Shown here one piece after another: positions 14,762 through 29,708 of a DNA stretch of 64,000 nt (within the stretch, counting starts at the first letter, position 1; every line of letters begins with the position of its first letter). The notes below the pieces were generated by a model, which saw only the letters and a program-made list of their open reading frames with translations, was not told where the DNA came from and did no database searches. The DNA is from Lepidodermella squamata (Eukaryota; Animalia; Gastrotricha), in assembly GCA_047495785.1 (NCBI GenBank), contig JBLDXI010000009.1, forward strand, positions 1,922,001-1,986,000, given 5' to 3'. Both the position numbers and the translations under genes were made by a program.

Positions 14762-15410
14762 AACCAGGGAAGCTTTTTTGCGCAATGTACTGTCGATAGG
14801 TGGTTGAAGTAGGGAAGCTGACGCTCAATGGTGTAAACGCGGCTAGCCAAATCCCCAATGCTCAATGGCTCGGGGAATGGCCGTAATCATCTTCCTTTCT
14901 TCACACTAAGCGGCGACACTCTTCAGAGTGCAAACATTACATCATCATTATTATCGATACAGCAGCGCTTCTGACTGGAGGAATTAGATAGGGAAACATA
15001 TTTTGTTTCCAGGGAAAGCTGCAGGATGAATTAAGTCGCTCTCACCTTGCACGCACAAGATTTATAGACTTTCGGCGAAAGGGCGATCCCAGCAGAAAAT
15101 GACTGCATTGAGTTAGCAGAAGGATTCCAGCAGAATACACTTCCACTTATCCGATTGACTACATTTTTGTTATCCATTGTTATGGACCATACCTAGTCGA
15201 TAGAAAAAAAACCGCACCTCGATAACACCTTCCGTTGGCATTCTGCCAGAATTTCTGCCAACTTCAGCTTTTACTGTGTGGGCAGGGTGCATCCATTTGG
15301 GACATCCCTGTTATGGTACACAAAATTGCTAACTTGCAGTGATACTGTGTTATATAACGTAACAAAGAATGCTGATTCTCGTGGTGTAATCCGTTTTCCT
15401 AGCAAAATCA
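14762..15410 (+). mobile_element. Dispersed repeat copy A (non-autonomous DNA transposon fragment, CAGGG terminus, possibly hAT-like)
   Basis: Aligns along its length, with scattered substitutions and small indels, to the reverse complement of ~30598-31235; similarity stops at aacCAGGGAAGC. Confidence 0.75.
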
Positions 15411-16124
15411 CCGGGACAGCTGATAATTCTTTGATAATTCTTTGCCTTTCTTCATTATTCTTTGAAAGGCGATTTTGAACTCGAACCGTGAATGTGACTG
15501 ATAATTTCTCATCAGCTGTAAAGGTCGAGGAAAAAGACCTAGTTTCAGCATTGTAAACAAAACAAGGCGGATTTTGTTCCAAAAACAATCGTTTGATTTT
15601 AATTCGCCACAATCAGATGTCATCAAATAAAGTATTTTTCATGGTATTATACTTTGTTATGAATTCAAAAATTCTAATGGAGTCATGCCAAAAAACGAGA
15701 ATTTATCATAACGCAGCTCAAGCTAATCTAATTTTATACATGGTATATGGTATAGCATGACTCAGTCAGGCATAAGACAGGACAAAAATTACCATAAAAA
15801 ATATAGCCCAGAAACAGATTAGGAAATATGTTGGCGAAGCAAAGTGTAAAAGCGCGGTTTTTATACATTATTAAATGGCACAAGCGTCATTCGCGCTGAA
15901 GCACGAATTCTACAGGTTCTTAGCAAATTCAATTAACGAACAAAAGAAAAGGCATTTTGTTGAAGAGTTATTACTGCAAACTGTCAAAAAAAGCAATCAC
16001 TGAGCGCCTTTGAGTTTTGTTGATTAATCATGAAGAGAACTTGACCTCCGAGTAAAATTATAGTACGGAAAACTTGAACGGGTGAAATAAAAATATATGT
16101 TGAATTTAATTGCTAACTAAAGTA

Positions 16125-18097
<1,973 letters not shown>

Positions 18098-18249
18098 TTT
18101 GTTTAACAAATCAACTATGAAGTTTAAATGTACTTGTGTAAACTGATTAAATCAAAGTATTTCAAAATGAAAGAACTGATGCAGACATAAACAGGAACTG
18201 CGGGTGATTAAATCGTATTTTGCTATTTGGTTCACATCGATTCGTTCGT

Positions 18250-18279
18250 GTTGCTAAGAACAATGTTGTCATGCATAAC
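18250..18279. promoter_or_regulatory. Tandem RFX X-box-like motifs in the CFAP97D promoter
   Basis: GTTGCTAAGAAC (18250-18261) and GTTGTCATGCATAAC (18265-18279), ~150-180 bp upstream of a ciliary gene ATG. Confidence 0.55.
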
Positions 18280-21200
18280 ATGAATTATGTATTATTAAAT
18301 TAAACTATATTTTTTGAAGTTTCTAATTTCAATATAAAATATAGTTCAATGCCATATTAGTGTGTCGCTGTTTTGTGCGGTTTTTGTTGTTTGGTTTCTC
18401 TTTTTTGGCTGCGAAGTGAGCTTTGACAGTCACGCGGACCTTGCATCCCTTACGCTCTAGGACTTGTTATAAAGCTACCCATATGATGTATAACAGCCGG
18501 CAGTTTTCTTTATTAGTGCATCCTCAGTGGAAGCTGGAAAATTTAGTTTCGGTACTCCTCTGGACTCGGGAGTCGGGGCGATTGGTGCGAATTTCATCAG
18601 CACTGAGCACTGAGCGTTTTTATACAAAATCACGATAACTTGCTCCAAAACCTGAAAAATTGCAGGTCAATTTTACATAGGCGCTTATGATAGATGAATA
18701 GTTCTTACAAACCTCCACCCTCCACTTATTATTTACGGGATAGATTTAAGCTGTCTTGCTTTATGATGGATGTGTTCGATAATCGAAAATCGAAACTTCA
18801 TAGCTATGCATTTTTTTCATAGGCTAGGGCGTGCTCTAGCAACAGTTTTCACTGCGTCAGCATAATTTTTAATCCTTTTAAGCTTTTCATGGCAGGGAAT
18901 AGGGCAGGCAACAGCCAACCAATTCCAGTTCATTAGCTCATTAACATTGCTCCATTTTTGAATAAGCTTTAGATGTACCTACGCAACTTCGAAATTAGCT
19001 AGTCGCCATCTCAAACTCGAGTTCCTCTTGAAGACAAGCCACAAGGAAATGTATGGAAGAATTCTCTCAGGCCACAATTCTTAGTACGTGAATCTGACTA
19101 ATATAGAGCGTCAACTCTTTATTTGTTTTGTTAGATGTGTATTCATCTGTTTCCGATTAACAGTTATTATTGGATTTTGTATTGCTTAGGTAGGCTGGAA
19201 ATGATCAATCCGGTACTCTGTGAAATAAAAGCCGTTTCATTAGTACTTTTCAAGAACTCAAATTAGTGACTAGTGACCAAATCTAACGGAATCACTGCGA
19301 AAATGTCAAGAGGGTCCCAAAATTTGAATACCGCTACCCTGAAATGTATTAACGACTGCCATTATTGCCTATAGCTATGTTATCCAGGAATAAATGTACT
19401 TGATCTCCGAAAATCGCTACAAAGCAAGCAAAATATACGCTCGCTATGTTTTGTTATGATGCCATGTACAAGTTGAAGTGATTTTCATTGACTTATGATG
19501 CCAGTGCTAAGGGCATATCGGGCTATAATGTCATATATTTGTCATTACTCTATTAAACCACCTAGTTTGAGTCACCACATTTGACGGGATTTGCCACCAG
19601 GCGGTTGGGTGCATTTGCCGATGTATTGACTTCACTATCACAAAAACAATTTACCGGAGCATACCGGGTTTACAGATACACATAGCTCCCAGTATTCTAT
19701 TTATAGTTTATTTGATAAAACAGTTAGTTGCCTGAGCAAAATCGCGCTTTGGGCTATTTTCGCGGAAATATTCATTAGTTATTTCGAAATTACCTGGCGA
19801 GCGGTGAACAGATACTATTCAATCGTTCACATTCATCGAAATGCGGATTATTCGAATGATTATGTCGTGCATTTTCTGTAAGCGGAATTATTGTTCGTGA
19901 TGCTGATCACTGAAGATTTCGCATTTTTCACTTTTTGCGGCAGTAAGTTATCTAAACTATTCCCCATGTTTACAGAAAATGAGGATTGATTAGAAGCGTT
20001 AAACTAACACCTAAGTATGGCGTCGTTCTCCAGTTTCCATGAAGACTTTTATTTCTATGAGCTAGTAGCAAAAATTAGGTCGATGTGCGGACGAGAATCA
20101 GCTAAACTTGGTTGTTGCTATTTTGAATAAGAATGGGATTATCGATTTATCCTGTGAACAAATATACTTTCCTGTGTTTTTATTGCGTGACACAAAGTGG
20201 TTCAACTCTCAAGACGTGATTGCTTTATTGCATGGTACTAGCCGCGCTCTAGAAACAGGAAGGACCGCGCGCTGTCTGCTGCTCAATAGTTTACAGCAAA
20301 TAATGCGGCATTATTATTGTGTTTCTATTTCTTCTCGTGTTTATATGTTCGTCTCTCGTAGCGCTCGCATACACAATGCTAATTTATTGATTTGGTGGTA
20401 CTCGTAGCGGCTGATTTTGTGACCACCTAAAAGTAGCCATGTGCTTACGGCGATATGATCTGGAATCGCACGAAACTATTACATATTATTGCGCCTTTTG
20501 TTTCATATAGACTACATTTTATGAACTCCTGATCGACTTCAGAACTGGAGGACAGCTGTTACGATTGACGAAAATCTGCCAGCTGATTTCATTGGTAAGT
20601 ATTTCCAAGAAGAGCATTGCACCTCTTTTGTTCAAAACCTATGAATAATATTAGTTGTTTCGGATATAAATTGATAATAATATTCTGCTCAATACCCTAA
20701 TTGTACATTTCACAGCCGATCTGAGTGATGGTTAAAATCAGAACCTGACACAAATCAGTGATAAGATGCGCCTTGCATCTAGGCCATTCGTGAATGTTTG
20801 TACTTTTTGCACATTGTGTTTACTACCTCGAGCTTTTTCTTACAAATGCGTACTGCTAGTTAGATTTTGAAAAATTGGCGTTGAAAATCATAATTTCTCA
20901 CTCACACACGAGCATGTGCTTTAATTTTATCATGAATATTAATAATTCCATACATATATCATCGTATTCTTTGTTTGTTACTGTTTCCCTTCTTTTACCC
21001 TGCATGCTTATAAATGCTTCGTATATTCAGATCCAGCGTTCCGGTTGAAGTAACTCGGCAGAAATGATTAATTTGCGTGTGATTAAGGAGGTGGAATGTC
21101 GTTTACTATTCTCGGTAAATGTAGTTAGTTTTGTTTGTGGCGAAACAACCCCTGAAATGGCGTCGTGCTTGTGCTTTGTGGTAGAAGGACTAATTATCAA

Positions 21201-21418
21201 CGCTTTTGCCCCTTTTATTTTATTCTACGGTCCTTAACAGAAAAAAACAGACAGCTCGGGATAATTTGAGATCCTACACATGATTTGGTATCGCAACTTT
21301 CTTTTTTCTGTTTTAATTTTTCAATCAATCAGTATTAATTGTGTATTAGAAATATTTTGCAACAGAATTTCTATCATGTTTGTTTTTCACGATCAGGATT
21401 GACTCTGGCTGCAATTCA

Positions 21419-24400
21419 ATGGCAACTGCTCTAAACGAAGCAAGCGAGCAGGTTACCCTTTCGAACGGGAGCGAAGTTGGAGAACTCAGCAATAATTTTA
21501 ACGGTTCGTTGAGTTTCCGTAAAAATTAACATTTTTTCCACGAAAACCGAAAAAAAGAAAAGTTAGGCCTTAGTGTAAAACCTTCCATCTTCCATTTTAT
21601 GTTGCATTTCTCTTGCCAATTTGATTATATTTACTCGAAAAGGATTGATGGTCTTTCGAAGGTGAGTTGACGCCTTTTAATAAAATCATATTATATTACT
21701 GTACCTCCTACATGTTATATATATGATATTAAAAGCTAGCTAACTACATTTTAAACTCCCGACACATGCTTTTCATCGTGAGGAGTTGAAAAACAACGGG
21801 GTTGATAAAATGACACAAACTCACGAGGTGAAAGTTGGAAAACACCCCATTTTTCGTGGTTATTTTTCCCAGTTTTTGGTAAGTTCCAAACATAAACCGA
21901 GTACACACGACCTATAACAGCGCTTGGCACCACTGCGCTGGAAATAACATGAAAGCCCGCTGTAGTTAAAGTGACAATCGGGAATAACGACCGACACTAA
22001 AGAAAGCACCGAGTGAAATTCATTAAAGAAATTGGTCCAAAATCCTTGACATGGTTAAATTGAGGCAGAAAGCATCAACATAATGGCTCGCTTTGCTGTA
22101 CTATTTCTACCTTCAAAAATCAACTTCTCTTCTCTATTATACTTGAAAAATGAACGCTAATCCCTGCAAAAATAATGCTTTTTAATAATACGGGCTCGGG
22201 TTGGTTGTGTGTGAGTGTTGGTTTGTTTTTACAGAATCAATATTAACTTGTGGTTGTGATGACAAATTTTTTCACGGCTTTTAAGCACGGCTTTCTTCCA
22301 CTTTCTTTCATCAAGTGTGCGAAATTAAAACATGAATACGCGTGTGCGAGTGGTTTCCTATAAATAGTGCATGCTATCATTGAACAGGTTATAATTTTGA
22401 GTTTGTCCTGCCTTTTTGACAACTACCTTTCATTTTTTGTTTCTGTCGTTATTTGCACATCGCTTTCTGACAAAAAACTACATCAAAAACTCCCGATTAG
22501 CTGTCGTATATGTTGTTTCGAATTTACTTTCCATTTCAGTGCCTACTCTTTCACTTCATCATTGCAATTGATGATAGAAAGATGATGAGAGAAAAAGTCG
22601 CGTCCAGGTAGAGCTTTTGCTGAACTGTTCTGTATCAATTTTTTGCTACACACCTATTTAGGATGTGCATTGTAAATTTGCACGTAAGTAGTAGACAAAT
22701 GATTGCATGACGCGCTGTGGCTTTTTACCGCGCCGCAAACATATCGATGATTAAAATATAAACTTTTCTTCTATTGTGCCAAATTTGCAGTTTAAAATGC
22801 CAACTGTAAGTAAAAGCGTTCAAAAGTTTCTCTTGATTTTATAATTTTCAATTAACAAGTCTTAAATGGTGGCCGTTTATCATAGTTTTTCGTCGTTATT
22901 ATATTGACAATAACATAATTTAACAAATCACTGGCTTGCTTTTGGTGTTTAGCGCATTTTACCCCTGAAATACTCACCACGCAGTTATCCTTTCTCTGTA
23001 CGCACCTGTTTTTATCATTTCACAGTTTAATTACTCTGTAATACTAACCATAATCAGGAGGAGGGGTTTTATGTTCAACTTTTCCAAGCTTTGACTTTCG
23101 TGCACACCCTGTTACCGTCGATAAATAGCCCTCTGCTTTTGGCATTCGTGTTTGTTGTATATACATGATTTGAATCAGAAGTATTTAAATGTTCATTTTG
23201 TTGTAAGTTGATGCATAAATTAAGCCGATATTATCAGGTTTGAAAACTACGAACCTTGTGGAATCGAAGCTTTATTCACTTCAAATACAACCCTCAAGTA
23301 TATCTTTCTCGCACCCCTTAGTCGACAGAGTAAACTGAGATACATGTTTCTACGCTACTAACATGGTCGCTTTTCTCATTATTTGGCTGTGGAGATTTTA
23401 AGGTCGCGATTAAAGGTCAGGGAATGCTCGAAGTAGTCGTTGCTTTATCGCTTCCATTAGCGGACAATGTTCCTTCGTATTATATAATTTTATCAGTTCA
23501 ATCAGCCATCAGTTCATCTCCATCTATCAGAGGCCGCACTTATACTAAATGTTGTCCCATTCAGTTATTTTAACGAAGGCATGCTTTTCACTTCAGTTCC
23601 ATACCCTGAGCTCTCAGTTTGCCGCGAGCTTTGTATTGCACGCGTTCGAAATGCAGATGAAAACGTCAGTAGAAGTCATTAATTTGATGTAATTTGGGAT
23701 TTTTACGACAGTCATTCCAGTCTTCAAAGTTTTGTAAGTAAACACAATGCATGTTACATTGATTTACTAACCCTGTCAACAGTTTTTACAATTTACTAAA
23801 ATTGCAGTGAGTATTTTCATTTAATTTGCTGTTCACGTGTAGAATTTGTACATTTGGCTGTATTTTTTTCTGAAAGCCTAGATATCATTATCCTTCTCGC
23901 ATAATAATTTTTTGTAACGTACATTTCCCGTTAAACCTCTGCATTTTTGGGACTGGCTTAATACTTAATTCATAATGAAAAGATGGTGATAGAATCGACT
24001 GACGCACGTATTGGAATTTACGTTCATTTCTATCTATGCTTTGTTAGCTTGTGGACTTGAACCCGTTTTAAATACCACGCGAAGCCTGTATGTTAAGAGT
24101 TTCACTTGCTTTGAAATGTTGTATAGCATTCGAAAGGTAAAACAAAAATAAGCGGGGTTCTGTACAAATAAGTGAAGAAATAGTTTTAAAATTTGAAATA
24201 TTTCACTTTGCATAGCTAACTGTCGCTTTCATCAGGTACGTATATCCAAATAGTGTCGAATCCCCTAATTTTTATCATAAATATCGTCGATCACAAAATC
24301 TGAGAAAAAATTGCGTAGCTCATTATTCTTTCTGCTTATAACGTGTTGTAGTTGCGTGTCAGTTTCATTTATTTTTGTTTATTTCATATTTACTAACCGA

Positions 24401-27400
24401 ATTGTGGTGAGGAATGTGACTTACATAGTGGGATTTGCACCGGTGCGTAACCTTGAGAGCCCGAAAAGCTTACCTAAATTTTCTTAGATAAAGATGCATG
24501 CTACAAAAGCTGAACTATAGCGCTCGAATGATTTAAAAATAACCTGCACTACGTTAATCAACCGAAACATTGCTGTTAATGATTGATCTATTGGGCACTT
24601 GAAAACTCTCTGCACCTGCTTCTCCTTTCATTACAACGAGTTAGCACCGTTATTTCCATGATGATAAAAGTGAATTTTTGTGCTGCTTTGTCGCAGCAGG
24701 TACTTCATCGGAGCTGGCAAATGATGTGGTAAAGTTGTGCATATTGATGCAATGCTTGCCGGCATCAAATTTTGCAGCAATCGTTGTCTAGTTTCATGTT
24801 ATCTCTCGAGCTCTAAATTTTGAAGCAATCTAAAGCTTGTCAGTCCTAAATGTTTACATAACATTAGCTCTGCGGTTGCTGTTGCAAGGGTGAATGTGAA
24901 CTGCTATATTAAAACATGCTGCTCTGCTACATTTCGCTAAAATCCCGTTCATTTATTACAATTATTTACGTCACTCGAAATGTCTAAATTTCAAAATTCT
25001 GGGCGTATCTTACTAACCTTCTTCGATTCATTGATAACAACTTGGTTTAGTTGAGAATGTTCGGTAAAAGGCGCTGTTCACCAGATCCCATTGTTGTTTG
25101 CTTTTTATTGTGTCATGAGAGTTGATAGGCTTCATATTTCTTGGTAAGTTGATGATTGGTGAGTTTCAATGAAAAAAGCGAAAAATATGGCGTGAAATTT
25201 CGGGTAACTAGCGAAGTTATTTTATTTTGAACCACAACCGAGTCCCCTTTTTGATATGATTCAATCTCTTTTAACGTATAGAATTTCGATTTATTAGAGC
25301 GAAATCTCATCGGTTCGCGGGTGTTCATTATTTTGGTTTGTCATTTCAGGAAATGGCACCAACGACGAGATTTCCAACGATGCAAAACCGGACTCTGTCG
25401 CTAACAACAGCGAGAAAGACGGCAAAGGTGAGTGGTTTAGCCGCTATTCTCGACATTCTAACTAACCTCATCATCAGATTCGGAAGCCGAAGCGGATAAC
25501 AATGCAATTCTGGAGGTGATAACAATATCGAAAGATGTCGGTTCGCCGTCGGAAAAGCCGGACAGGGACGTTCAGGAGCCGGCCGAAGAGCCGAAACCAG
25601 CCTCGATAAATCTGAAGGCTGAAACACAGCAAATAAATCGAGAGGCCGCGATAAGCCTAGCTCGAAAATTGGCGAAAGGTGGCGGCCATGGCAGTCACCG
25701 GAGTCGAAACCACCGAAACCAAACAGCGCCCAACAACCTGCCGCCGCCATTACTTTCACGAGAAAACAATGCTGAGACAAAATCTAAGCAGGGTTCTCGG
25801 AAAAGTACCTGGTCTGATGATGAAACGTATGTTTTATTTACTCAATTTTTAATCTTCCTTAAATTTCCAAGTAAAATTTACCAGCGGTGTTTAATATGAA
25901 AAAAGGCAAATAATTTTATTTATTTTGAAACTGTGTTGACACTGTTTGTCTGTAGTCTTGATTTTTTTGGACCTTGTGTTTGCGAAGGTAAGATCATGTC
26001 ACGTGTAAGTTGCGATTGTTCAACATTTACAATTTAATACTCATAATTAAACATATCATCATTATAATCGCCAAGTTGCTTTCGGTCTAACTACTTTCGT
26101 ACATTTAATTCAAGTTTGTGTACTCTTTTGTTGACGAACAATTGTTTTATAATATCGATATATAATCGAAAATTTCGACCCTGGAAATTGGTGGATTTTT
26201 GGCTTAATTCAACCGTATTTTTCTCCAGGTCGAATAATCAGCAAAAAGCTGACGATAGCTTGCCGCCTCCTCTCCTGCCGAATTTTTCGATCGTAGGCCG
26301 CAAAAAGCGCGATCCTATTGGCTCGGCCAAGTGGGATACAAGCAGCGAGAGCGAAGCTGAAGACCCCGGCGCCTCTAAGCTTGCCTCAGCCGAAACCCGG
26401 CCGAAACGAGCGCGTAACGAAGAGGCTGATAAACCGGCGGCTGATTCACTAAGTCTACCGTCACAGTCGCCTCCAAGTCCGACATCGTCTTGTGGCGATG
26501 GACTCTCACCTGTCCCGCAACAAGCGACTAACAATAACGGCAGCCATCACTCAAACAAGCGAAACCATCTGCCTCATAGGTAAAATTAGGCTGAATTATA
26601 AAAGCTATCAAGTGTCCTAAATTGAATTTTCTGGAACCCGAAAATTCTGTTCACTGCGACAGGACTAGAAATTTTCCAATTCCTTGAAAATGAATAAGTT
26701 TTGAAGATCGATAAGGTTGAAATTGGTTGAAATTAGAATAAAATTAGTGCATTTTTCAAAAATTAAGGTGGATTTTTTATTTCATCCTTTGAATTGCAGG
26801 AACGGCGCTCAAAATGATTCTCAGCAGCCTCTGCAATTACCACCGCCCCTTCTATCGAATGACCAGTTACCTCCGCCCCTTCTCGGGCCCGACTACGTCC
26901 CGCCGCCGATGCGTGGCGCTGATGGAAAGCGCGAATCGCAATCTCGCCGAAGTCGCTCAAAGAGCCGCTCCAAATCGCGCTCGTCGTCGGGCTCGCGGTC
27001 CCGCTCATCTAGTCACCACCGCCGCAGGCGCCGACGAAGTAGTTCTGGCTCGCGTTCACGATCGCGGTCGTCCTCTCGATCCCGCTCGAGCAGCCGGTCT
27101 AGTCGCAGTCGAAGCAGCTCGTCGGACCGGTCTCGCTCCCGATCGCGATCTCGCCACCGTCGGCGACACCGCCACTCGTCATCTCGATCACGGTCCCGCA
27201 GCTCAAGTCGATCAACATCTCGATCTCGATCTTCATCTCGCTCACGGTCGCGTTCTAGATCCCGCAGTCGTAGATCCCGGCGATATTCAAGACGGAGCCG
27301 CCACTCACGGCGAAGTCGTAGAAGTCGAGATAGGAGGCGGGGCAGGTCCGACTCGTCACGTTCAAGGTCGCGTTCGAGGTCAAAGAGACGGTCCCGATCG

Positions 27401-28567
27401 CCAGTTCGGCCGAAAATCACACTAGCCCAACCAATTAGAATTCCACCGCCTAAACAACAGCAGAATAATAAAAAGCAAAATAACAATAACAATAAGAAAG
27501 GTGCGCAGCAACAACAGCAAAAGCAGGCGCCAAAACCGCAACCGCAACCTGCGAAAACTTCTCCTGTAATAAAAACACCAGAAACAGCTGTAACCGCCAC
27601 CAAACCTGTGTCGTTTATTGGTCCAATGTTACCGCCTGACCACCCAGCCGCAGCCAATATCGGCTCGGAGTCGAATACAGAACTGGTTGCTATGGAGACG
27701 GATGACGACCAGCAAAAAGCTATGCCGCCGCGGACGTCAAGTCGCAACTCGTCGGTTAGCCAGAACAGCCAGCAGCCGATGTTGATCGATGAGAGGTATC
27801 GAAATTTGCAAATGCGGGCGATAATGCATGCGCAAAAGCAGTTGGCCGCTCGCGAATCTGGCCAGGCGTTGACTCCATCGCCGACTGACGGTTTCGGAAA
27901 TTATGCCTTGAGCGCCGAAGAAGCAATGGCTGTTGCTACGGCGAATCAGCAGCACGAGCAGCAGCAGCAAATCGCGGCACTAGCTGCGGCTCAGACAATC
28001 TCAGCGCCGGAGAGGATAGCATTGGATCGAGCGTCAGAGTTGGTCCAGCAGCGGCCTGATTTCCAGGAACATCAGCAGTTGGTCCTGCAGGCTCAACACG
28101 CTCAAGCCGCGGCTGTTTTGCAGCAGCAGCATCAACAACAAGCCGTCGCAGCGGCGCAGGCTGTTCAGGCGCAGCAGCAACTGGTCGCCGCTGTTCAGCA
28201 GCAACAACATCAGCAAGTCGCGGCCGCTCATCTACTGCAGCAGATTCAGCTGCAGCAACAAGCAGCTCTTCAAGCGGCGAATCAGACGATTCTACTGCCG
28301 ACGGGTCAACAGATTGCCCAGGCACCGGGCGGCGGGCTAGTTCAGCTGGGCATGGCACAAACTGCGGGCGGAATGCCGTTTATTCTGCAACAACAAGCTC
28401 AACAGCCGCAGGTTTTCGCTATCCAGTTACCTGGTGGTGGAATTCAGCTGGTAACGCTCGGTGGGCAGCAGGCGCCGACTGCAGGGTTGATGCAGCAGCA
28501 GCAGCTTCAAGCCACAGCAGGCGGGCAATTGCTGCTTGTTCCGCGCATCATTCGACCGAGTATGTAG
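21419..28567 (+). CDS. RS-rich, Gln/Ala-rich nuclear protein resembling the C-terminal part of GPATCH8
   Basis: Exons 25350-25427, 25478-25826, 26229-26579, 26800-28567 splice in frame. A phase-compatible upstream exon 21397-21503 (ATG 21419, donor GTTCGT as also used in ADAM17 here) is proposed. Order of RS tract, FIGPMLPP, QPM..ERYRNLQMRAIMHAQKQL and Q/A tail parallels GPATCH8 (FGPKLPP; EKYSKLQQAAQQHIQQQL). 5' end uncertain. Confidence 0.65.
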
Positions 28568-28735
28568 ATACACATCTCTCTTTCACAGCGGGAAAAAGGT
28601 TGATGAAATTACTATGATAAGGCGGTAAAAAATGTAAACAACCTGTGATATAATTCGTGATGAATTCGTCCTCACCAAACCTAAAACTTGGCGGAGTGTT
28701 TGTAAATGAAACTGTTATTACTGGTCATTTGAATT

Positions 28736-29166
28736 ATATATGTCGTATGTAAAGTTGATAATCATTTATTCTTGATAATACATGGCCAAAATGCCCTATG
28801 TAATGTGAATTTTCGCCCAGATTTTTGAAACCTCATGAAACCCAAGGTTGACCACTAGGTAGAGTCGGCATCGAGGATTTCAAATCTGCATTTACTTTTT
28901 ATTTAGGCAAAAAACTGGGCATGATATCGAGAAAAATCGAAAATCGATCAGTATCGATTTACGAAGATCGATGATTTGGGTAGTTTGAAGGATCGTGATA
29001 TCTTCCAAATTAGCGAAATCGAAATCCCCGATGCCGACTCTACCTAGTGGTCAACCTTGGGTTTCATGAGGTTTCAAAAATCTGGGCGAAAATTCACATT
29101 ACATAGGGCATTTTGGCCATGTATTATCAAGAATAAATGATTATCAACTTTACATACGACATATAT
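28736..29166. mobile_element. Foldback/MITE-like element with ~145-bp inverted arms and ~140-bp spacer
   Basis: 28736-28880 is the reverse complement of ~29021-29166 with one mismatch seen; both ends lie in TA runs; spacer rich in ATCGA motifs. Confidence 0.85.
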
Positions 29167-29708
29167 TTATCTTCTCGTGTAGATAATCTTTTCTGCTATC
29201 CAGGTCGCTATCTCGCTTTATTACGCGTTCTTTTTTATAAGCGATACAATTGTTGCGTTTCTGCTATGTGAAAATAATAGCGATGAAGAATCTATGCCCA
29301 TTCGTTATGAATGGCAACTGGCGTCAAGGGGGAAAAAATTTGAGAAAATTTCAAATGTTACAGTCCTTATTTCAGTACGCATTATTGTCCTTGTAACTAA
29401 TGTAACGGTCGACTTCAATATATATATATAGCATCGGGCTGCTTTTTGTTTGAGTGCGAAGCCTTCAAGTCATCAAAAATCATATTATATGCGCTATTAT
29501 CATAACTATTGTATGATGCAAATCGATGTACTAAATTTTTGATTCTTAAATAACATAATGTGAAATCAACTCCTTTTTTGGCGCTTTGAAAACATTGCGA
29601 AGAAACGTTAAATAAAGACAATTTATTGAAAAGACAATGTGGAATGGACAATGGAGTTATTTTCGAAAATTTTTATTGCTGTTGTGCAATGATCGACTCC
29701 TGCTTTTT

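Noticed and set aside
18533-19217. Two copies of GCTGGAAA-N10-GGTACTC (18533 and 19194)
   Set aside because: Only two short copies with unrelated spacers; cannot be distinguished from chance.
22570-24740. C/D snoRNAs in the long intron (ATGATGA boxes near 22582 and 24659)
   Set aside because: No properly spaced D box with a terminal stem or recognisable rRNA guide.
27013-27747. 244-aa antisense ORF rich in RD/RE/RL
   Set aside because: Mirror of the RS-repeat codons on the sense strand; no independent coding evidence.
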